Shown here piece after piece: positions 32,568 to 39,419 of a stretch of DNA of 64,000 nucleotides; positions within the stretch are counted from its first letter, which is position 1; every line of letters starts with the position of its first letter. Made by a program: the position numbers and the translations under genes. The notes under the pieces were generated by a model that was given only the letters and a program-made list of their open reading frames with translations, did no database searches and was not told where the DNA came from. The stretch is taken from the IMG/VR virus record IMGVR_UViG_3300032285_001531; one strand, written 5' to 3'. This DNA comes from a virus. Its lineage: Duplodnaviria; Caudoviricetes.

Positions 32568-32571
32568 GTGT

Positions 32572-32742
32572 ATGACACTTATTTGGGTATTACTAGTATT
32601 TGTAACTAATGACGGAGAATGGCGTGAATGGAACTCCTTTACCCGTGAGAGTGAGTGTTTGGAAGTAGCAAGAGTAATCACACATCACCGTGAAGATAGT
32701 ATTCAAGCTATGTGTGTAGCAAAACCAGTTATTAGTTCTTAA
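32572..32742 (+). CDS. 56-aa small protein absent from the ORF track (MTLIWVLLVFVTNDGEWREWNSFTRESECLEVARVITHHREDSIQAMCVAKPVISS)
   Basis: Translated by hand; hydrophobic N-terminus and two Cys; fills the gap between the late promoter and the tmRNA. Confidence 0.6.
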   Translation: MTLIWVLLVFVTNDGEWREWNSFTRESECLEVARVITHHREDSIQAMCVAKPVISS

Positions 32743-33000
32743 AGAATTGTTGTAATTCCTTCAAAGTGAAGGCATTCTGGACGCGGGTTCGACTCCCGCC
32801 TGGTCCACCATAAGAGCATACTGTGTTTTTATGATGGGCTAGACATGGTTTCGACAGGGTGAGATAATAGAGAAGGCAACACAGTAGGCGATGACTGTAA
32901 ATCAAGCAAAATTAGTATCTGCAAACGATGATACATATCTATTAGCCGCAAACGGCTAATTAGCGGGGCAACTATGCCTTGTTACCAAAAATAGTAATAG
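32743..33000 (+). ncRNA. ssrA: Circularly permuted (two-piece) tmRNA
   Basis: The 3' tRNA-like half (GCGGG-TTCGACT-CCCGC T-arm, CTGGTCC-A-CCA ending at 32810) precedes the 5' half GGGCTAG at 32836. The acceptor stem carries the G3-U70 Ala identity pair; CAGGGTG/CATTCTG form helix 2; tag ORF 32921-32959 is preceded by the conserved UA at -5/-4. Outer ends are approximate. Confidence 0.9.
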
Positions 33001-33017
33001 GAGCTTCGGCTCCTATT
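32996..33017 (+). terminator. Rho-independent terminator after the tmRNA
   Basis: AATAGGAGC-TTCG-GCTCCTATT followed by TATTT. Confidence 0.75.
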
Positions 33018-33024
33018 TATTTGG

Positions 33025-33050
33025 ATAAAAGGCTCTTCGGAGCCTTTTAT
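33025..33050. terminator. Bidirectional terminator
   Basis: ATAAAAGGCTC-TTCG-GAGCCTTTTAT at the junction of convergent transcription units. Confidence 0.8.
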
Positions 33051-33970
33051 TCTATGAATTCTATTTTTTCTAGGTTATTAAAGATGTAGTTTTGTAGTGG
33101 CATAGATGTATGTGCTACAAAGCCAATTGGAAATTCTAATGGTAGTGCATCAATCACTAACTTATGACCTTCTACCCAATGATTAAATTCTGCAGATTGA
33201 TAAATCTTTTTTCTGTTTACATTAGTATCAATTAAAAATCCACCATGCGAACCTAATCTACCAGTACAATCTTTTGCTAATAAATCATCATGGTCATAGA
33301 AACTCTGCATTATTGATTTGCCTAACATTGAACTATTCAATAAAACTAAGTTTTCTTCTGTACGTTCCATAAAAGAATAATTTAGTTTCTGCTCATCATC
33401 AGCGAACTCTAACCAAATGGGCATATCTACATTGGGTAAAGCACCAATTGCATATATAGGATAGTTATCATCAACAAATTTAGAATTTAATAAATTAGAA
33501 GTAAAGTTCTCTAGAATACATATTGAGTTATTGATAGGTTGTAAGATATTGTACCATGTTTTGTAACTCATATCTTTAGGGAATATGAATTTAGGATCAA
33601 AAGGATTAAGTACTGCATCTTTCTGTAGATACCATAACATATTGTACGTGTAGAATCTATTAATTTTGTTTAGTGTTTGTTGCTTATAATCAAATTCTTC
33701 AGGTATATCAAAGGGCATAATATATCCCAATGATTCTAATTGTCTCATGCTACGTGCTACTGTTTTCCAACTATTCTTATACGTGAATGTTTCAAACACT
33801 GTTCTTCTGCGTATTGATTTATCGTAGGATGCTTCTAAATGACGTATCCCGTATGAATCATAAATGGGTTTAAAATGTTTAAACCACTTGACCACTACAG
33901 GATCGTTATACAGCTTTATAATTATATGTTTTTTAGTTAAAAAAGATTTGTACGTTAATATCAGTTGCAT
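33047..33970 (-). CDS. Hypothetical protein
   Basis: 307-aa ORF; no motif recognised. Confidence 0.65.
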   Translation of the reverse strand: MQLILTYKSFLTKKHIIIKLYNDPVVVKWFKHFKPIYDSYGIRHLEASYDKSIRRRTVFETFTYKNSWKTVARSMRQLESLGYIMPFDIPEEFDYKQQTLNKINRFYTYNMLWYLQKDAVLNPFDPKFIFPKDMSYKTWYNILQPINNSICILENFTSNLLNSKFVDDNYPIYAIGALPNVDMPIWLEFADDEQKLNYSFMERTEENLVLLNSSMLGKSIMQSFYDHDDLLAKDCTGRLGSHGGFLIDTNVNRKKIYQSAEFNHWVEGHKLVIDALPLEFPIGFVAHTSMPLQNYIFNNLEKIEFIE

Positions 33971-33971
33971 A

Positions 33972-34613
33972 TTATTTTTTCATTAGTTCATTTACAAATT
34001 CTAGTAATAAGTCATGCTGACCACCATGCCACTTATTCTTCATCCATGAATACATAGTATACCAGTTTTCTTCTGCTTCAGGATGACAGCCCATGATTCC
34101 AATTCTGCCTTGAAATATAGCCATTGGGTCACCGTTTGCGTAAGTAGCGTAGGTTTCAAATTTAGTTCTGTCGCCTTCTAATGCGCATCCATCGTAGAAG
34201 AACATGGTCATATCTTTGCCGTTCCAATTGATAGAGATGTCTTTTGCATGTGGTCTGCGTGTATCTGTGTTGGGTTGAGTAATATATTGTACTGCATCTA
34301 CACTGTCTAGTATATCAAAATAATGTGATCCTGCCCAATATGCACCCATACAAATACCCAAATATCTACCGCCTCTTGCCACAAAGTCACGTATTCTAGG
34401 AGCATGATGTTTCATCAAATAATGCCAACTTTCACTGTCTCCGTCACCCCCAGGGAAGGCTACGATATCTACATCATCAAAGAAATCATCTTCAATTTGG
34501 TGCCAAGTGAACAATTTTAGATTAAAATGAGTAGAAAAAGCCTTAATCATTCCGTTGGCACACTGCACCGAACAACGGGGTTGATGTATGAATAAAGCTA
34601 TTGTAGGTTTCAT
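33972..34613 (-). CDS. Class I glutamine-amidotransferase-like (BPL_N-type) protein
   Basis: DIVAFPGG, GGRYLGICMGAY (nucleophile-elbow Cys) and GCHPEA (His-x-Glu). Confidence 0.75.
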   Translation of the reverse strand: MKPTIALFIHQPRCSVQCANGMIKAFSTHFNLKLFTWHQIEDDFFDDVDIVAFPGGDGDSESWHYLMKHHAPRIRDFVARGGRYLGICMGAYWAGSHYFDILDSVDAVQYITQPNTDTRRPHAKDISINWNGKDMTMFFYDGCALEGDRTKFETYATYANGDPMAIFQGRIGIMGCHPEAEENWYTMYSWMKNKWHGGQHDLLLEFVNELMKK

Positions 34614-34620
34614 ATACAGC

Positions 34621-34626
34621 TATTTA
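34621..34626 (-). promoter_or_regulatory. Late promoter (TAAATA), probably leaderless
   Basis: Minus strand gaTAAATA-gctgtat-ATG(34613) with no SD. Confidence 0.55.
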
Positions 34627-34688
34627 TCGGATAAAAAGTTACTGGTTACGAGTTCCAGTGACACTCTATAAGCGTGTCCGATTTAAGT

Positions 34689-35399
34689 TTAATTCCAGTA
34701 CGTACTATTGTCTAGTTTGTTCCAGTATTCTATATTGTTACGATTTATAAAGTTTTTGATGAGGTACGCAGCCATTCCAAAATAGCCCATTTTCTTAAAT
34801 CTGCGTGAATCCTGTCCAAAGTAATGTTTGATGATTTTGAATTTTTTCGGACTATACATTCTGGATAGGAAATAATCTTCAGAGGTCGAGAACTTTTCAG
34901 GGAACCCACCAAATTCTTCAAACTTGTCTCTACGAGTGAGCATGAACGCACCCACAGCAAATGGGCTAAAATATTTTAGAACACTATTAACTAAATTAAA
35001 GATACTAAAGCCAATAGCTGTTCTCCAATCATCATCGTAACACATGATATTCAATCCAACTAAATCTAAGTTATTACTTTCAATTTCATTAACTGCATCT
35101 TGTATAACATATTTGCTGAAAAAACGGACATCAGCATCAATAAACAAAATATATGGAGTAGTAACTAATCTTGCTCCGTTGTTCTTAGCGACACTAACAG
35201 GACCACCATCTATGATTTCTATATTTAAAAAAGCACTATTGTCTTTTATAACTTGTCTGGTATTGTCTGTAGAACAATCAGCAATAATAATTCTAGTACC
35301 ACCTAGCTCCTGTAAGCGCAGGGAATCAATTAAATGATAAATGTAATTTTCTTCATTTTTGCAAGGAACTACAATTGTAATTTTTTCACTTAGTTTCAT
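34689..35399 (-). CDS. Family 2 glycosyltransferase
   Basis: ITIVVPCKNEE, IIIADCSTDNT, ILFIDAD (DxD) and SED motifs. Start moved to MKLSEK at 35399, which is ATGA-coupled to the hidden ORF. Confidence 0.85.
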   Translation of the reverse strand: MKLSEKITIVVPCKNEENYIYHLIDSLRLQELGGTRIIIADCSTDNTRQVIKDNSAFLNIEIIDGGPVSVAKNNGARLVTTPYILFIDADVRFFSKYVIQDAVNEIESNNLDLVGLNIMCYDDDWRTAIGFSIFNLVNSVLKYFSPFAVGAFMLTRRDKFEEFGGFPEKFSTSEDYFLSRMYSPKKFKIIKHYFGQDSRRFKKMGYFGMAAYLIKNFINRNNIEYWNKLDNSTYWN

Positions 35400-35569
35400 A
35401 TTTTTTTTACGCATTTACCTTCAATCTTAAATGATTCAAATTTTACCCAATAAGCCATGCTTCTTAGACTTTGTTCGCAACTTTGTTGATCTGGAAAATC
35501 CATTGTCATTTTCGCTGGAATGTCCTTTGGATCGTTTATGTGTACCGCTATCAATATCATCAACCACAT
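35396..35569 (-). CDS. Hidden 57-aa protein (MWLMILIAVHINDPKDIPAKMTMDFPDQQSCEQSLRSMAYWVKFESFKIEGKCVKKI)
   Basis: GGAG RBS 7 nt before the ATG; its TGA overlaps the GT2 start (ATGA); overlaps the last 134 nt of the phosphoesterase gene in another frame. Confidence 0.65.
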   Translation of the reverse strand: MWLMILIAVHINDPKDIPAKMTMDFPDQQSCEQSLRSMAYWVKFESFKIEGKCVKKI

Positions 35570-36320
35570 TATCTGTCTCCTGTGTCCAAGTTACAATCTC
35601 CCACTTACCATTGTGATGTTCTACAAGTGCAGTCATTGATTCAACCCAATCACCGTCGTTCATATAAACGACACCATCTACTTCTTTTATCTCTGCATGA
35701 TGTATATGACCACATATAACACCATCAAATCCTCGCTTCTTACAATACTGTGCTAAGTTCTTTTCAAACTGGAACATAAAGTCTATGGCTCGTTTGACTT
35801 TTCCTTTAAGATACTTAGAAAGGCTCCAATAACCAAAACCCATCCTATGACGGATCCAATTAAATCGAGTGTTGAGAGCAAGGACGAAATCATAGGCTTT
35901 ATCTCCTAATATTGAAAGCCAAGGTGCTAGTCTTGTGATTCCATCAAACAAGTCACCATGCACTACTAAGTAATGCTTACCATCTACACCTATATGTTCT
36001 ATTTGATTGGTAATCTCTAGCATACCAAATCCTAAACCATAATGCATAAAAGGTCTTAAGAACTCGTCATGGTTACCTGCTACGTATACAACTCGTGTAC
36101 CACGTTTGCTATGACCAAGTATTCTACGTATCACATTACTATGACTTTGTTTCCAGCGCCACTTGTTTTGTTTAATCTTCCAAGCATCAATGATGTCACC
36201 AACAAGGTATAATGTTTCGCAACTGTTATTCTTTAAGAAATTGTTTAGTGCTTCTGCTTTACAGTCTTTAGTACCTAAATGTACATCACTGATAAAAATA
36301 CTGCGATAAGTCTTATTCAT
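35436..36320 (-). CDS. plcP: PlcP-like metallophosphoesterase (phospholipase C of the LpxH/calcineurin-like superfamily)
   Basis: FISDVHLG, LVGDIID, GNHDEFLR, HGDLFD, LGDKAYD, GYWSLS, GVICGHIH and NDGDWVES match the PlcP/UDP-2,3-diacylglucosamine-hydrolase-like family. The upstream Pho box and downstream GT favour PlcP over LpxH. Confidence 0.75.
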   Translation of the reverse strand: MNKTYRSIFISDVHLGTKDCKAEALNNFLKNNSCETLYLVGDIIDAWKIKQNKWRWKQSHSNVIRRILGHSKRGTRVVYVAGNHDEFLRPFMHYGLGFGMLEITNQIEHIGVDGKHYLVVHGDLFDGITRLAPWLSILGDKAYDFVLALNTRFNWIRHRMGFGYWSLSKYLKGKVKRAIDFMFQFEKNLAQYCKKRGFDGVICGHIHHAEIKEVDGVVYMNDGDWVESMTALVEHHNGKWEIVTWTQETDNVVDDIDSGTHKRSKGHSSENDNGFSRSTKLRTKSKKHGLLGKI

Positions 36321-36338
36321 GTTATTATCCTATATAAT

Positions 36339-36373
36339 TATTTAATAGGAATTGTGTGACAATAATATGACAA
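36339..36373 (-). promoter_or_regulatory. Pho box promoter for plcP-orf57-GT2
   Basis: Minus strand TTGTCAT-ATTA-TTGTCAC (36373-36356, 11-bp period), a 10-nt spacer, then TTAAATA. Confidence 0.8.
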
Positions 36374-36380
36374 ACCGTAA

Positions 36381-36404
36381 AAAAAGGCACCTAAGTGCCT
36401 TTTT
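36381..36404. terminator. Rho-independent terminator after the porin gene
   Basis: AAAAAGGCAC-CTAA-GTGCCTTTTT. Confidence 0.8.
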
Positions 36405-36422
36405 ATTTTGCTCTAAATTAGA

Positions 36423-37547
36423 TTAGAAGCGATGCTGAATGCCAACTGCAAATGCACGTTGACTTAAAGCACTGTCACCAAAGTTTGAGCCACCACCATC
36501 TGGTACCCAACGATCATAAACAGTAAATGGTGCTGCTGCGTTTGCATTGCGGTTAGCAACTACATAGTCAGCGAACACTTCTGTACGCTTGCTGAATGCA
36601 TAAACTGCACCAACTGCATACATCTTAACATCATCTTTACCTGCTGTTACTTGGTCTTGTACATTGTAGTAACCACCGTTAACACTTACACGATCGGTAA
36701 CTTTGTACTTCGCACCAGCAAACCAAGTACGTGCATCAGTCTTACCGTCAGCTTTCGATGAGCTTGCACGGAATGCTGTTAGTGTATTTGGATTGTTAGT
36801 GATAACATAACCAGCGTTAACTAGTAAAGCATCAGTAACATTATACTTTGCTGCAACTAAGTCGATCTTTTCATCAACGTTAGCATTGGTTAAACGAACT
36901 TCTTCGTGTGTATATGCTACTTCTACTGGACCTGCTGTATACTTACCACCAATGTTGTAGCTGCTCTTTGAAGTAGTATCATTTAACTGATTACCAAAAC
37001 TATAAGAACCATCAACAACTAAGCCACCAAAGCTTGGTGATGTATAGCGAACCATGTTATCAAAACGTGATACGCCTGAACCACTATAGAAACCAGCATA
37101 ACGTGCGATTGGCTTTAAGCCACCGAAGTTCCAGTTGCCACGTGAATCAAATTCATCAAGTACGTTGTACAAGAAGTTCTTGCCACGACCTAATTGAATC
37201 TGACCAAATGAACCAGCTAGGGCTACATTTGCTTCACGATCAAATACTGTGGTTGAACCTGCACCGCCACTGCCTGAATCTTTACCAATTCCGCCAGTAC
37301 GTAGACTCAAGTTACTTTCTAAGTTAAACTTAGCTGTCATACCGTCGCCTAGGTCTTCTACACCTTTGAAGCCTAACCGATTGCTGCTGTGTAACTGTTC
37401 ACCGAAACCAGTGAAGTCACTGTTAGCTGAAGTGAAACCACTACCGCTAACTACACCTGCACCCAACAAACCATAAACGGTAACGTTCTGTGCCTGTGCA
37501 ACACCAGCCATAAGCATAAGTGCTGCTACTAATTTTGTTACTTTCAT
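36423..37547 (-). CDS. Gram-negative trimeric porin (betaproteobacterial Omp32-like)
   Basis: Signal peptide ending AQA; NVTVYG, RLGFKGVEDLGDGMTAKFNLE, FDREANVAL.G.FG.I.LGR, N.V.Y.SP.FGG, Y.FSKRT; C-terminal GIQHRF; ATGA-coupled to pstS. Confidence 0.9.
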   Translation of the reverse strand: MKVTKLVAALMLMAGVAQAQNVTVYGLLGAGVVSGSGFTSANSDFTGFGEQLHSSNRLGFKGVEDLGDGMTAKFNLESNLSLRTGGIGKDSGSGGAGSTTVFDREANVALAGSFGQIQLGRGKNFLYNVLDEFDSRGNWNFGGLKPIARYAGFYSGSGVSRFDNMVRYTSPSFGGLVVDGSYSFGNQLNDTTSKSSYNIGGKYTAGPVEVAYTHEEVRLTNANVDEKIDLVAAKYNVTDALLVNAGYVITNNPNTLTAFRASSSKADGKTDARTWFAGAKYKVTDRVSVNGGYYNVQDQVTAGKDDVKMYAVGAVYAFSKRTEVFADYVVANRNANAAAPFTVYDRWVPDGGGSNFGDSALSQRAFAVGIQHRF

Positions 37548-38551
37548 TTTACTTCTCCTAAGTTAAATTTAGACCATACATTCTTAACTATGGCAACTAC
37601 CTCTTTTGGTAGAGGAACATAGTCAAGTTCTACAGCCATCTTTTCTCCATTGTTAAAAGACCAATTGAAAAATTTTAAAACAGCTAATCCGACCGCAGGA
37701 TCGGCTTGCTGCTTATGCATGATTATATACGATGCACCTGTAATGGGCCAAGCATTCTGGTTAGATTGGTCTGTTAATATAACAGCCATACCAGGTGAAT
37801 TAGCCCAATCAGCACCTATTGCTGCTGCTTTGAATGTATCGTCATCAGGTTGAATCCATTTGCCTGCTTTGTTCTTTACTTGAACATGTGCAATTTTATT
37901 CTTTTTGGCATATGCGTATTCTACATAGCCAATTGCACCTTGCAGTCTTTGTGCGTTTGCAGCAACACCTTCGTTACCTTTGCCGCCTACGCCTGTTGGC
38001 CATTTAACTGCTGTACCTGAACCAACCTTTTCTTTCCATTCAGGAACTGTTTTGCTTAACCAGTCAGTGAACAAAAATGTTGTGCCTGAACCATCAGCAC
38101 GATGTAGTACAGTGATATCCATATCAGGAAACTTAACTGTTGGGTTTAGTTCTTTGATACGAGGATCAGTCCACTTAGTGATTTTGCCTAAGTATATAGC
38201 AGCAATTACATCTGCTGTTAATTTTATTTGCCCAGGCTGAATGCCAACTAGATTTACAACTGGAACTACTCCACCGATAATAGCTGGGAATTGAACTAAA
38301 CCTTCTTTGTCTAGTTCTTCTTGTTTCAACGGCATATCACTTGCACCAAAATCTACTGTTTTAGCTTTGATTTGTTTAATACCACCACCTGAACCAATTG
38401 ATTGATAATTAAGACCTATCCCTGTTTGGGCTTTATATGCTTCTGCCCATTTAGAATAGATTGGATAGGGGAATGTTGCTCCTGCTCCTGTGATGTCTGC
38501 TGCAAATGACGTACTTGACAGAATTACAAGTACTGCGAATAATTTTTTCAC
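37544..38551 (-). CDS. pstS: Phosphate ABC transporter substrate-binding protein PstS
   Basis: Signal peptide; ITGAGATFPYP.Y.KW, YQSIGSGGG, DFGASD, RADGSGTT, GGKGNEGV, WPITG; GTG start with AAGGAG RBS. Confidence 0.95.
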   Translation of the reverse strand: MKKLFAVLVILSSTSFAADITGAGATFPYPIYSKWAEAYKAQTGIGLNYQSIGSGGGIKQIKAKTVDFGASDMPLKQEELDKEGLVQFPAIIGGVVPVVNLVGIQPGQIKLTADVIAAIYLGKITKWTDPRIKELNPTVKFPDMDITVLHRADGSGTTFLFTDWLSKTVPEWKEKVGSGTAVKWPTGVGGKGNEGVAANAQRLQGAIGYVEYAYAKKNKIAHVQVKNKAGKWIQPDDDTFKAAAIGADWANSPGMAVILTDQSNQNAWPITGASYIIMHKQQADPAVGLAVLKFFNWSFNNGEKMAVELDYVPLPKEVVAIVKNVWSKFNLGEVK

Positions 38552-38593
38552 GTGTGTGTCTCCTTTTAAATATTCATGTATAATTGCACTAAA

Positions 38594-38628
38594 TATTTAA
38601 TGGCCGCAGTATGACAACTGTGTTACAA
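38594..38628 (-). promoter_or_regulatory. Pho box promoter for pstS-porin
   Basis: Minus strand TTGTAAC-ACAG-TTGTCAT (38628-38611, 11-bp period), a 10-nt spacer, then TTAAATA. Confidence 0.75.
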
Positions 38629-38658
38629 ACCCCATAAATTTTCAAAAAATATTACAAA

Positions 38659-38913
38659 ATGGAAATAAAAGCTGCATTAGACTGGCAAAAAGTCGGAACT
38701 AACCTACGTAAGCAACTATCCTCAGTAAGCTATAACCCTGATTTAAAACAGATGTTTAAGAATATTGAAGAAATGGTTTCTGAGTTAAGTAAGTCCGAAG
38801 TTGTGGCCAGACAAACAAAAAGAACGTATCACTTAGAAAGTCAAGTACAGAAGATAAACAAAGCAATCAATCATTTGGAAAAATTGATATTGATTGCTCA
38901 GGTCATGAATTAA
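38659..38913 (+). CDS. Hypothetical protein (helical/coiled-coil)
   Basis: 84-aa ORF; plus-strand TAAATA at 38590-38595; its stop overlaps the stop of the convergent gene (TTAA). Confidence 0.6.
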   Translation: MEIKAALDWQKVGTNLRKQLSSVSYNPDLKQMFKNIEEMVSELSKSEVVARQTKRTYHLESQVQKINKAINHLEKLILIAQVMN

Positions 38914-39416
38914 CCTAACGGGTTAGTTGGCCAAACAACGTCTTGTAAGCTAGTATAAGTTTTGGTGATGTCACGTAATTGTTGACGGTATTCTAACACC
39001 TCTTTAAGTTTGGCATCAGTTAGTGTAGTGGTCAATCCTAACGCTTTTTCTTCATTGTGTCTAGTAAATACCCAATCGGTGTTTATTAATAAGCCATCTC
39101 TATATTGTGCTAGTGTTGGTTCTGATGGCATAATAGCAATCATATCAGTTAATAATGCTTCTTTGAAATTATCCAAATGACTCATTATCCATTGAATTTC
39201 TTCACTGTGTTCATCATGCTTTTGTGTGTTGTCACTGTACACGATTGTGAAAATATTTCTTGCTGGCTCTACACTAATCGCTACTAAATTATCTTTGTAC
39301 GGAAACTTAGTTAGGTCATAAAACTCTGCTTCCGAACTAAATGCATGTTCAATGTTATCAATTCTTGCAGAATAGTTTTGGTTTAAAAAATCAAGTGTAA
39401 TATAATTCTGTTTCAT
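38910..39416 (-). CDS. Tail fibre assembly chaperone-like protein
   Basis: C-terminal L..YRQQLRDIT....VVWPTNP is typical of phage tail assembly chaperones; follows the fibre genes. Confidence 0.65.
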   Translation of the reverse strand: MKQNYITLDFLNQNYSARIDNIEHAFSSEAEFYDLTKFPYKDNLVAISVEPARNIFTIVYSDNTQKHDEHSEEIQWIMSHLDNFKEALLTDMIAIMPSEPTLAQYRDGLLINTDWVFTRHNEEKALGLTTTLTDAKLKEVLEYRQQLRDITKTYTSLQDVVWPTNPLG

Positions 39417-39419
39417 GGT

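Noticed and set aside
32778-32860. tRNA-Ala gene
   Set aside because: The T-arm and CCA precede the 5' strand and there is no anticodon arm; a tag ORF follows, so this is a permuted tmRNA.
33014-33019. Minus-strand TAAATA as an antisense-tmRNA promoter
   Set aside because: It falls in the U-rich tail between two terminators, and a 6-mer this AT-rich arises easily by chance.
35436-36320. LpxH (lipid A biosynthesis) annotation
   Set aside because: Same superfamily, but the Pho box, adjacent glycosyltransferase and pstS context fit PlcP better. Not excluded without a phylogeny.
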